64,000 nucleotides of DNA from Acidobacteriota bacterium (lineage in GTDB: Bacteria; Acidobacteriota; UBA890; WLXD01). Positions 1 through 9,419 of the stretch are shown here, one piece after another. Position 1 is the first letter of the stretch. The number at the start of each line of letters is the position of its first letter. The stretch spans positions 5,161,691 to 5,225,690 of the forward strand of contig CBDFKD010000002.1 in assembly GCA_965248695.1 (NCBI GenBank). Reading direction: 5' to 3'. The position numbers were made by a program, and so were the translations under genes. The notes beneath the pieces are model-generated. The model searched no databases. It saw only the letters and a program-made list of their open reading frames with translations, and was not told the origin of the DNA.

Positions 1-32
1 TGTGGCCCTCCGACAACCGCCAGGCGTTCTAC

Positions 33-1376
33 ATGAATGGCTCCTATGAGGCGCGCATACCTGTCGGAATTTACGAGCTCGCCGCAACCCACGGGGTCGA
101 GTACCACGCGTACCATGGCGCCTTCGAGGTCAGGGAAGGGGAGACCACAGAGGTAACGGCGTCGCTGCAGCGCTACGACGATCTGCCGAGCCGCGGATGG
201 TTCTCGGGCGAATCGCATGTCCACCTGCAACGCGATCAGGTCGAGGATCTCGACGTCTGGACGCAGATCGCTGCCGAGGACGTTCACGTTGCCAACCTAG
301 TGGAGATGGGCAACATCGGCGGCACGTACTTCACCCAGCCGACATGGGGCACTGACGGCCGATTCGCGCGCCATGGAACCGTGCTCGTGTCCGGCCAGGA
401 AGACCCGAGAACCGGACATCGCGGCCACACCTTGCACTGGGATATCGAGCGCCCGACCCACGCCGAGTCGACCACGTTCTACGACTACCGCGACGTCTTC
501 GAGCAGACCCGCGCAAACGGCGGCATCACCGGCTACGCCCACCTGGGCTCGTTGTTCAACGGCGAGCGCGGGCTCGCCCTCGACATCCCGTATGGCCTCA
601 TCGACTTCATCGAAGTTCTACAGGGCGGCAACCTGCATACCGACCTCTGGTACGACTTCCTCAACCTCGGGTACCGAATCTTGCCGGCCGCCGGCGCCGA
701 CTACCCGTATTTCGGCCCCACGCTTCCTGGCGTGGAGCGCACCTACGTGCAGTTGGACGGCCCGTTCAGCGCCGATGCCTGGTTCGAGGGTTTTCGCCAA
801 GGGCGCACCTACGTCACCAACGGACCATTTCTCGAAGCGACGGTAAACGGCCAGCCCATGGGCGCCGAGCTGCGCGTCGAGCCTGGGGCGCTGCTCAACA
901 TCGTCGCCAGCACGCGCATGAATCCCGAGATCGAACCGCTCGTGCGGCTCGAGCTAGTTGTCCTCGGTGACGTGGCGCACACGGTGCCGGTGCCCACCGG
1001 CGAGGATCACGTGAGCCTCGAGACGACGCTGGTGGCGGATCGGAGCATGTGGCTCGCCGTGCGTGCCTACGGTGTCAACGACGAACGCTGGTACACGACG
1101 GTGGCGCACAGCGCCCCCTTCTACGTCGTGGTCGACGATCAGCCGACCTGGAAGACCGAGGCCGTTCCGGATCTCATTGACGAGCGCCTGCAACACCTGG
1201 AGGAACTGCTCGCCACGCCAATAGACCCGATCGAGGATCTCGAAGCGTTCGAGACCGGGGACCTGCTCATCGAGCAGTGGGACTTGCAGCTACCGCACCT
1301 GACGGAGCGGGTCGAGGAGACTCGAGCGCTCTACGAGGATCTACGGCAACGGCACGGGGAGATCTCGGGGCGGTAG
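33..1376 (+). CDS. Metal-dependent hydrolase, CehA/McbA (PHP-like) type; probably 5' partial
   Basis: Long ORF whose frame stays open upstream to the window edge. His-rich motifs GESHVHL and GHRGHTLHW. Family assigned by resemblance only. Confidence 0.45.
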   Translation: MNGSYEARIPVGIYELAATHGVEYHAYHGAFEVREGETTEVTASLQRYDDLPSRGWFSGESHVHLQRDQVEDLDVWTQIAAEDVHVANLVEMGNIGGTYFTQPTWGTDGRFARHGTVLVSGQEDPRTGHRGHTLHWDIERPTHAESTTFYDYRDVFEQTRANGGITGYAHLGSLFNGERGLALDIPYGLIDFIEVLQGGNLHTDLWYDFLNLGYRILPAAGADYPYFGPTLPGVERTYVQLDGPFSADAWFEGFRQGRTYVTNGPFLEATVNGQPMGAELRVEPGALLNIVASTRMNPEIEPLVRLELVVLGDVAHTVPVPTGEDHVSLETTLVADRSMWLAVRAYGVNDERWYTTVAHSAPFYVVVDDQPTWKTEAVPDLIDERLQHLEELLATPIDPIEDLEAFETGDLLIEQWDLQLPHLTERVEETRALYEDLRQRHGEISGR

Positions 1377-1834
1377 GGCGGCGACGGTTGAGGGGCATGC
1401 ACCTCGGCCAGGGACCTGCTCTGGAGCTCGACGACCGGTGTAGTCAACGGCCTGCGGCTAAGAGGTTTCTGACCGCCGTGCACGCGAGCCTGGCTACGGT
1501 GCATACCCCTCAACCGCCGCCGCCGCGATCGTCGGAGGACCCCCAGTCTGGGGGGACGGCAATGCCGCAGTCACGACGGAGTCCGCAGGCGGAGGGGCAA
1601 AGTCCTTCGGGAGGTCTCGAGTGCCCGGGGCTCGGCCTGCAGGAGCGTGCTGGACACGGTGCTTCCGGCAACAGAGGACCGCGCGGACTCGAGGCGTTGC
1701 CGGGGAGGGAGTCGACACACTCGCTTCAGCCAGCATCGCGTGCACGGCGCTCAGAACCTATCGGCTTAGACGCGCAAGCAGAAGAGCTCCCTCAACGCCA
1801 GGCAGTGACGTTGGCAGAAGTGAGTGTGTCGACT
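1377..1834. repeat. Structured repeat element, copy 1 (3' tip displaced to 3248-3266 by the IS256 insertion)
   Basis: Starts 1 nt after the stop codon of the upstream gene. 27-bp outer stem, 1377-1403 pairing with 1498-1524. Second long helix, 1710-1734 pairing with 1810-1834. Palindrome CGTGCACG at 1477-1484 and 1739-1746. Homologous to 8972-9377. Confidence 0.6.
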
Positions 1835-3238
1835 GAGATATAACCGGAAGTTGTGGATGGGAGGAAAAAGAAAGGCGGCGTAACCTTCGCTGGGATCATC
1901 AACAACCAGCAGCCGGCTGTGGAGGCCGGGAAGGAGACGCCACTCGTGCTCAAGATTATCGGTGGATCGGACGCGGAGGAAGGACAGCTGACACTGGACG
2001 TCGATGAGCTCGCCCGGCAGGGCGCGCTGCAGATGCTGGCAACAGCACTGGAGTGGGAGGTTCAGGAGTATATCCAGAGCCACGCCGGGCAACTGGATGA
2101 AGCCGGCCGTCGGCAAGTGGTACGCAACGGTCGGGCTCGCGCACGCAAGATCACGTTGGGGTGCGGGACGGTGCAAGTAGCCGCGCCACGGGTCAACGAC
2201 AAGCGGCTCGACGAGCAGGGACTGAGGCAGCGGTTCAGCAGTCGGATCCTGCCGCCCTACATGCGGCGCTCGCCGAAGGTGGCGGAGGTGCTGCCGGTGC
2301 TGTACCTGCGGGGCCTGTCGACGGGCGACTTCAAGGAGGCGCTGCCGATCTTACTGGGACAGGAAGCCAGCGGGCTGTCGGCATCGGCGATCTGCCGGCT
2401 GACGAACGCCTGGAGCACGGAGTACGAGGCATTCCGGAAGCTGGATCTGTCCACCAAGCAGTACGTATACGTGTGGGCGGACGGTGTGCACTTCAACATT
2501 CGACTCGAGGATGATCGGCTGTGCACGCTGGTGATCCTGGGCGTTTTGCCGGACGGAACCAAGGAGCTCATCGCGGTCGAGGACGGGTATCGAGAGAGCA
2601 CCGAGAGCTGGGCGTTCGTGCTCCGGGAGCTGAAGCGTCGAGGCATGCGGGCGCCGCTCGTGGCAGTGGGTGATGGGGCGCTGGGGTTCTGGGCGGCGGT
2701 GCGGGATGTATGGCCCCAGACTCGAGAGCAACGATGCTGGGTGCATCGGCTTGGCAACGTGCTCGACAAGCTACCGAGGCGGCTGCAGGCCAAAGCCAAG
2801 CGCGCGCTGCACGAGATCATCGGTGCGCCAACGCGCGAGGATGCTCAGGAGGGCATGGCGCGGTTCGCAGCCGACTACGGCGCCAAGTACTCCAAGGCCG
2901 TGGCGTCGTTGCAACGCGACTCCGACAAGCTGCTGACGTTCTACGACTTCCCCGCCGACCACTGGGTTCATCTGCGCACGGCCAACCCGATCGAGTCGGC
3001 GTTCGCCACCGTACGCCTGAGACAACGCGTCACCAAGGGCGCCGGCTCACGCACCAAGGCGCTGACGATGGCATTCAAGCTCCTGGAGATGGCACAGCAA
3101 CGATGGCGCCGCATCAACGCTCCTCACCTCACTGCCCTCGTACTCGAGGGCGCCACATTCGTCGATGGAGTTCACCTGATCGCTAGCGAAGACGCCGCCT
3201 GAACAAATCCACCGATCCACAACATTTGCAAATAACTC
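1835..3238 (+). mobile_element. IS256-family insertion sequence (1404 bp)
   Basis: Imperfect terminal inverted repeats: GAGATATAACCGGAAGTTGTGGAT at 1835-1858 versus the reverse complement of 3215-3238 (17/24 match). Flanked by the 9-bp direct repeat GTGTCGACT at 1826-1834 and 3239-3247. Single transposase ORF. Confidence 0.85.
1853..3202 (+). CDS. IS256-family (Mutator-like) transposase
   Basis: Family-typical blocks are recognisable (ELARQGALQMLATALEWEVQEYI, YVWADGVHFNIR, CWVHRLGNVLDKLP, LRTANPIESAF). The true start may be the GTG at 1946, which lies 9 nt after GGAAGGAG. Confidence 0.9.
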   Translation: MDGRKKKGGVTFAGIINNQQPAVEAGKETPLVLKIIGGSDAEEGQLTLDVDELARQGALQMLATALEWEVQEYIQSHAGQLDEAGRRQVVRNGRARARKITLGCGTVQVAAPRVNDKRLDEQGLRQRFSSRILPPYMRRSPKVAEVLPVLYLRGLSTGDFKEALPILLGQEASGLSASAICRLTNAWSTEYEAFRKLDLSTKQYVYVWADGVHFNIRLEDDRLCTLVILGVLPDGTKELIAVEDGYRESTESWAFVLRELKRRGMRAPLVAVGDGALGFWAAVRDVWPQTREQRCWVHRLGNVLDKLPRRLQAKAKRALHEIIGAPTREDAQEGMARFAADYGAKYSKAVASLQRDSDKLLTFYDFPADHWVHLRTANPIESAFATVRLRQRVTKGAGSRTKALTMAFKLLEMAQQRWRRINAPHLTALVLEGATFVDGVHLIASEDAA

Positions 3239-3266
3239 GTGTCGACTCCCTCCGCTCACCGACCCC

Positions 3267-5261
3267 TCAGGTCCGCTCCGCCCACGGATACTGGAACTCC
3301 GGCCTGATCACGTCACCGATGAGGTCCTGAACGGCGCGATGCGCTTGATCCATCGCCGCATGCGTCAGGCTGGTGGCAGCGGCATCCGAGTTGGCCACGG
3401 CAATGCGACCAAATCGCTTCCGGCCGACCACCCAGGGGACCTCGTCGTAGCCCCATTCCGGGTCGTAGAGATCGTTGGCGCCGCCGGCATAGCCATGAGG
3501 CCATCGGTTGACGGTGATCGCGCTGATCTCCTCGGCGGGGTCGAAGCCGCCGCCTGCGAGGGCGCGCCCAAGCTCGTCGCGGATGCGGTACTCGAAGTAA
3601 TCGAACGATGTGGCGAGCAGCTCCTCGCGGCCGGCCCGGAACTGTTCCCTGGCAGAGAGACCAGGCTTGTGCGCGGGCATGCGCTGCAAGTGAAGCGGCT
3701 GAGGATCATCGGGGGTCCGGGCGCAGGTGTAGTCGCCGAGACTCCGATTCATGTCCAGCATCGCCGACCCGTGGTAGCAGCCGGGACCGTAGAAGCTGTT
3801 GATCCCGAGTGCCTCAAACGCCCTCCAGTTGCGCACCACGACGTTCGTGTAGACGAGCGGCTGGCGCACGGCCATCTTCAGCGCCGCCTTCTGCTCGTCG
3901 GGAAAGTCGGGACAGAGGTAGGGGATCATGGAGTTGTAGCAGGCCATGACGCAGGTGGCGCCGCGGGCCCGGTAGGCCTTGCCGTCACGCACGTAGGTGA
4001 CCTCGACCTCGCTGGCAGTGCGGCGCTCGCCGACGTGGCGGACGTTGACCACGGTGCTGTTGAGGCGGACGCGCGCGGCGCTGCCGTCTTCATCGATGGC
4101 GGCGTAGTCGACCGGCGTCGCCACCGAGTCTTCCATCGTCGTTCCCGGGAGAGCCTTCGGAATCAGCCATCTGACGATCAGTCGAGCGATCGCGGCATTG
4201 CCGTCGGGGAAGTGCACTCCCTCGCCGAAGTCGTTACCCTCGCCAAGCCAGCTCTCGGGCGGTCGCTCGAGACGCAGGCCGTCGAAGCCGGGCAGGGAGC
4301 CGGTGCGAAACGCTCCCCAGGCGCTATAGGAGTCGATCCTGGCCGCACCGTTGGAGCCGCCTTCAGCACGGCGCATGAAGAAGGGCATGACACCGGGATC
4401 GGCTTTGACGATCTTCAGAAGATAATCCTGGTAGCTCATCTTCCGCAGACGCGAGACCTTCTCATCGGAGGTCAATCCGGTTAGATAGTCGGTGTTGTCG
4501 TCGTAGGCGCGGGCGATATCGTGTTTGACGACATCAGTTAGCGGCGCATCGGCCAGGAACTGCGTCCATGTGAGCGTGCTACGAACCGAGCCCCAGCCGG
4601 CGGGATCTCCCACCGACAGGTGGTCGGCGCCGAACGTTTCCTGATCAAAGAAGACACCGGCCTGTAGGCCCATCTCGCGGTAAATGCTGCGATCGGCCGC
4701 CGTCGTCCGCAGGAAGCGTTGCTTGTCGATCCCGATGTCCTCCAGCAGCGCCTTTGCCTCGTGCGGGTAGCTGTTAGCGCCGTGGATCATCATCGTGCCG
4801 CCGTAGCCGATGACCAGCTTGCCATCGACCTCGAACTCGTTGCGCTTGGCGTGCCCGCCGAAGTCATCGTGATTGTCGAGAATCAGAATTCGCGCCTCCG
4901 GCAACGCCTTGCGGAAGAAGTACGCCGCCGACAACCCGCTCAGCCCACCACCGACGACGATGAGGTCGTAGCTCTCGCCGGTGTCCTCGGCGTTGTCCCA
5001 GGTCTTCCCATAGCGCATCTCGTGCGCTACTTCGTAGGAGCCCTCGTGACTGCCCCGCATGCCGGTGAGCCGCGGCGGGTAGTACTCGCCCGGCTGCGCT
5101 GCGGAAACGCCTGACCCGTTTGTCGAGCCCTTCGAGCCTGCGGGAGCCCCCGGCCTCCCGGCACCGACCAGGCCGCCGCCAATTGCGACGCTGGCCCCGT
5201 TGAGAAAATCCCGGCGGCTGATGTCACGGTCCATCCCGAGCTCTCGGTCAGTCTTGGTCAC
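3267..5261 (-). CDS. Tat-signal FAD/NAD(P)-binding oxidoreductase, spermidine dehydrogenase (SpdH)-like
   Basis: Twin-arginine motif SRRDFLNG at the N-terminus. Dinucleotide-binding motif VVGGGLSGL. 664 aa. SpdH-like call is from memory of the family. Confidence 0.6.
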   Translation of the reverse strand: MTKTDRELGMDRDISRRDFLNGASVAIGGGLVGAGRPGAPAGSKGSTNGSGVSAAQPGEYYPPRLTGMRGSHEGSYEVAHEMRYGKTWDNAEDTGESYDLIVVGGGLSGLSAAYFFRKALPEARILILDNHDDFGGHAKRNEFEVDGKLVIGYGGTMMIHGANSYPHEAKALLEDIGIDKQRFLRTTAADRSIYREMGLQAGVFFDQETFGADHLSVGDPAGWGSVRSTLTWTQFLADAPLTDVVKHDIARAYDDNTDYLTGLTSDEKVSRLRKMSYQDYLLKIVKADPGVMPFFMRRAEGGSNGAARIDSYSAWGAFRTGSLPGFDGLRLERPPESWLGEGNDFGEGVHFPDGNAAIARLIVRWLIPKALPGTTMEDSVATPVDYAAIDEDGSAARVRLNSTVVNVRHVGERRTASEVEVTYVRDGKAYRARGATCVMACYNSMIPYLCPDFPDEQKAALKMAVRQPLVYTNVVVRNWRAFEALGINSFYGPGCYHGSAMLDMNRSLGDYTCARTPDDPQPLHLQRMPAHKPGLSAREQFRAGREELLATSFDYFEYRIRDELGRALAGGGFDPAEEISAITVNRWPHGYAGGANDLYDPEWGYDEVPWVVGRKRFGRIAVANSDAAATSLTHAAMDQAHRAVQDLIGDVIRPEFQYPWAERT

Positions 5262-5353
5262 GGCATCCTCGGTCCGAGAAGTAAAATCGTGCGCTAGCGT
5301 TACAGAGACCTTACGTCAGCGCCAGAGGCGGCGATTGCGAGCGCCATATAGCA

Positions 5354-6052
5354 ATGAATGAAGTCATCGGTGCTGTTCATGAATTCCATGACGAAGAGTT
5401 CGCTGCAGGATGGGCTGACCGCTTCGTGCCGACACTCGAACGCCTGGAGTTGTTCGATGTCATGCTCGCCGAGCTGACGTCACGTGTGCCGCCGAGTGGC
5501 TGCGTGGTCGAGCTTGGAATTGGTCCAGGGTACTTGGCAGATCATCTGCTGAGAGCGATGTCCTCGGTTCGCTACTATGGCATCGATTCGTCCGATCCGA
5601 TGCTCGTCATCGCGCGGCAAAGGCTCGGGTCGCACTCAGCCCGAGTCACCTACATACAGGCTGATCTCCTAGCGGCCCATTGGTGGAGGGACATCCGCAC
5701 CCCGGTCGATGCCATCGTTTCAACCTGGGCGTTGCACGATCTGGGCTGCCAGGAGAGCGTCGAGGCAGTCTACGCTCGCTGCGCTCGCATGCTCCAGGAT
5801 GGGGGGATTCTGCTGAACGGAGACTTCATCAAGCCTGACAAGACCATGTACGAATATGAACCGGGTAGATTCGAGATAGCGCGACATCTCGCGATTCTGC
5901 GCCGTGTCGGGTTCACCAAGGCAGACTGCTTGGTCGTGCTCGAAGAGGAAACCGAATCGCCTACGGCGGCGCAGAACTACGCGTGCTTCAGGGCGGTAGT
6001 AGCCCGGACACATCAGAGCCCGGAGCCCGGCAGACGGAAAGGCTGCATATGA
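5354..6052 (+). CDS. Class I SAM-dependent methyltransferase
   Basis: Motif I VVELGIGPGY. Its stop overlaps the next start (ATGA at 6049-6052). Confidence 0.6.
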   Translation: MNEVIGAVHEFHDEEFAAGWADRFVPTLERLELFDVMLAELTSRVPPSGCVVELGIGPGYLADHLLRAMSSVRYYGIDSSDPMLVIARQRLGSHSARVTYIQADLLAAHWWRDIRTPVDAIVSTWALHDLGCQESVEAVYARCARMLQDGGILLNGDFIKPDKTMYEYEPGRFEIARHLAILRRVGFTKADCLVVLEEETESPTAAQNYACFRAVVARTHQSPEPGRRKGCI

Positions 6053-8971
6053 AGCGTCTCTTGTCGACCGCACCCGCACTGGCCAGTGCGATCATCCTCT
6101 CGCTCACCGCAGGCGCCTGTTCCAGTCCCGACCCTGCTGACCAGACGCCGTCCGGCTCGGCCGTCGATCGGCCGCTGATGCCGGACTGGGACGCGGAGCG
6201 CAGCGAACGACTGGCGTTTTCCGGCGAGCCGTTTCGCACACCGGAGGGCTTTCGCGTCGAGGAAGTTGCCGGCGACGATCTCATCGGATCGGCCGTGAAT
6301 CTCACGTTCGCGTGGGATGGCCGCCCCATCGTGGCGCTCGAGCAACGGGGACTCGTAATTCTCGACGACGGCGACGGAGACGGTCGCTACGATCGAATGA
6401 CACGGCTCTCAGAAGAGATCAGCACCGCTCACGGCCTTTATGTGCTCGGCCCGGACGATCTGCTCGTGCATGCCGACGGGCCGAGTGATGGCCCCGGCCT
6501 CTATCGTGTGAGCGGCTGGCAGGAGGGTCCCTCGGAGAGCACGGTCGAGCTGCTTCGACGGTCGCGCGGAGGGATCCAGGAGCACGGTCCCCACACGATC
6601 ACCCGAGGCCCCGACGGAGCAATTTACCTGCTCTTCGGCAATCATGCCGTTCCCGACATCGAGCCCTCACAGCGCTCACCACTTCGCGCGCTCCAAGAGG
6701 ATCAGCTACTACCCGTCATTCTGGATCCACGCGGTCATGCAAACACCATTCGTGCCCCGGGCGGAACCATCTGGAGAGTCGACCTCGAGGCCGACTCCTG
6801 GGAGCTGTTCGCCGGCGGGCTGCGCAATCCATTCGACATGGCCTTTTCTCCTGCCGGCGGCCTCTTTGTCTACGAGGCGGACATGGAGTGGGATCGCAGT
6901 CTCCCGTGGTACCGACCCACGCGGGTCCTGCACGCGATCCCGGCCGGCGACTACGGGTGGCGAACCGGCTCCGGCAAAGTAGCGTTCGATAACATCGATA
7001 CGCTCCCCAGCGTCGCCGACGTCGGCCGCGGCTCGCCGGTGGGCGTGGCCTTCTACCGCCATCACGCCTACCCCGCGGCGTTCGACGGCGCGTTATTCCT
7101 AGGCGATTGGGCACGTGGCCGCATACGCGTTCTCTTTCCGCAGGAGCACGGCGCTAGCTGGCAGGGGGAGGCCGTCGACTTCGTTCTTCGAGAGCCTCTC
7201 AATGTGACCGACCTCGCGGTGGGTCCTGACGGCCATCTGTATTTCACCATCGGCGGTCGCCAGACCACTGGTGGGCTGTTCCGAGTGGTCTACGACGGAT
7301 CCGACGGTGGCGCCCGAGGGAGCATGCAAGGCGGTCAGGGGAGCGCTGTCGAGAGGGCCTTGCACCAGCCAATGCCGCGATCCGCCTGGGGCCGCGCGGC
7401 CATCGCACAGCAGCGAGCTGCGGCCGGGGCAAGCTGGGGAGAAGGCCTGCGCGACGCTGTCGAGGACACCGATCGATCGAGGTTGGAGAGACAGAGCGCG
7501 CTGGAGATCCTGCAGCTCTATGGCCCGCAACCGTCTGTTGACGATTTGCGGAGATTCCTGGCGGCAGATGATGCCGGCGTACGAGCTACCGTCGTGACCC
7601 ACCTGGGAACCCGAACCGGCCCTAGCGTCTACCGCGCACTGGCAGTCGCACTGGAAGACCCGGATGCGCGCGTTCGGCGCCGGGCGGCAGAGGCGCTGGC
7701 GCGCTCCGGGAGCGCTGGAGAGGGCGCAACCTGCGGACATCGAAGCTATCCTCGCCGGCCTGGTCGGCCTTCTCGACGACGAGGATCGGTTCGTTCGGTA
7801 CGCTGTCCGCGAGACGCTCGCTCGAGTGGACCCGGATCGCTGGATCTCCAAAGTGGATCTCGCCGGGCCACCTTCGAACGCCGCGTTCGAGGCGATGCTT
7901 GCCTTGGTTCTCCGTCCGGGCTTTCCCGATGCCGAGCTCGTCTTCGAACATCTGCGCCTTCACGTCCAATCACAACCCGGCGAAGTACTGCTGGGCTCCT
8001 ATTTACGCGTGCTCGAGCTCGCCCTGGTGCGCTCCAGGGACGCTGGGGTCGACAGCGTGGAGCTCGAGGGACTGGGCCAGTCCATGTTGGATTGGTTCCC
8101 CACGCAACGCCGCGAGCACAACCGCAAGCTCGAGCGCATCCTCGCCTACCTGGCTCCGCCGGGGGCGGTGGACGCGCTGACGGCAAGGTTGGCGCTCGGC
8201 CGGAACCAGGAGGACGAGATCCACACCCTCTACGCCTTGCGAGCGATCGAAGGCGACTGGAGCGAGGCCCAGCGACAGAGCGTCGTCACCTGGTTCGATC
8301 GTGCTCGAGCGTTCACCGGCGCAGCCAGCATGGTGGGCTATATCGACGCCCTCTGGCAGCGGTGGCTAGCGAACCTCTCCGACGCCGAGCGCGTGGCGGC
8401 GGTCGAACGCCGGCAGGTCTGGTTGAGCGCCGAGCGGGACAGGATCGCGGCACTGGTGGCCGACGAAGACCTGCCGAGCGAGGATGAGCGCCGCATGCTG
8501 CGTCAGATGAGCTTCGATGAGCTGGCAGAGTACGTCGAATACGACGTCATGGCCTACGAGCGCTTCGACCCTGCGCACGGCGAACGCGTCTTCCAGCGTG
8601 CCCGTTGTGCCGACTGCCACGTTTTCGGCGATGTCGGTCGCGGTGGCGGACCCGACCTCTCGACCGTCGTCAGTCGCTTCAGGCGGCGCGAGATCCTGGA
8701 GTCGATCGTCTACCCGTCACGGGTGATCTCCGACCAGTACAGTGCCCTTCGCGTCCGCCTCCGTGACGGACGGAGATACGTCGGCATGCACGCCGCCGAG
8801 AGCGAAGAGGACCTCGTCCTGATCACCGCTACGGGCGAACGGGTCGTCCTGGACAAACAGCTGGTCAGCGAGCGCGAGCCGGCCGACGTATCCCTGATGC
8901 CGGAGGGTCTACTCGAGGCCATGAGCTTCGACGACTTGATGAGCCTGATGCGATACCTGGAAGAAGGGTAG
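6049..8971 (+). pseudogene. Frameshifted lipoprotein: beta-propeller-like domain + HEAT repeats + C-terminal cytochrome c (CxxCH)
   Basis: Lipobox LTAGAC after MKRLL. The reading frame switches from frame 1 to frame 2 near 7722-7724 within GAGGGCG. HEAT-like repeats continue across the switch (AAEALARSGSAGE / AQPADIEAILAGLVGLLDDEDRFVRY). Heme motif CADCH near the C-terminus. Confidence 0.65.
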
Positions 8972-9377
8972 GGCGGGCGGGTTCGAGCCCCAATGCGCCG
9001 TAACCAGGGACATGCCCTGGTGCTGGGTGAGCGGCGTAGTCTACGGCCTGGGGCACTGAGGTTTCCGGCCGCCGTGCACGCGAGCCTGGCTACGGCGCAC
9101 TGGGGCTCGAACCCGCCGCCGCGACCGAAGACACTTCTTGCCGGGCGGGCCGGTCGTGCCGCGAACTGAGACGCCGCGGCCCAGCGGTTCCGACGATCGC
9201 CCTCTTCCGTATTCCGGAGGCTGCCGCGACCTCAGGCGCTGCCGGGGAGGAAGTCGACACACCTCCTTCAACCAGCATCGCGTGCACGGCACACACCACC
9301 TAAAGGCGATGACGCGCGAGCAAAGGAGTTCCCCTAGCGCCAGGCGATGACGCTGGTAGAAGGAGGTGTGTCGACTT
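8972..9377. repeat. Structured repeat element, copy 2 (uninterrupted)
   Basis: Starts 1 nt after the stop codon at 8969-8971. Outer stem ~8974-8999 pairs with 9094-9119. Second helix 9251-9276 pairs with 9352-9377. CGTGCACG at 9073-9080 and 9281-9288. Confidence 0.6.
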
Positions 9378-9419
9378 GCTCCGCCCTCGTCTCAATCCCG
9401 CTCGCCTGATACCGAAAGA

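Noticed and set aside
1470-1500. Group II intron 5' end or domain V (GTGCACGCGAGCC...)
   Set aside because: There is no GUGYG start at an exon boundary, no domain V consensus and no reverse transcriptase ORF. The length and layout do not fit.
1377-1524. Integron attC site interpretation of helix 1 (stop-codon-adjacent imperfect palindrome with GTTGAGG...CCTCAAC)
   Set aside because: Copy 2 lacks the GTTRRRY/RYYYAAC cores. The core order is reversed relative to the upstream gene. No integron integrase is nearby, and the element is far longer than an attC site.
1277-1843. 188-aa ORF across repeat element copy 1
   Set aside because: There is no equivalent conserved reading frame in copy 2. The conservation pattern follows paired stems, not codons.
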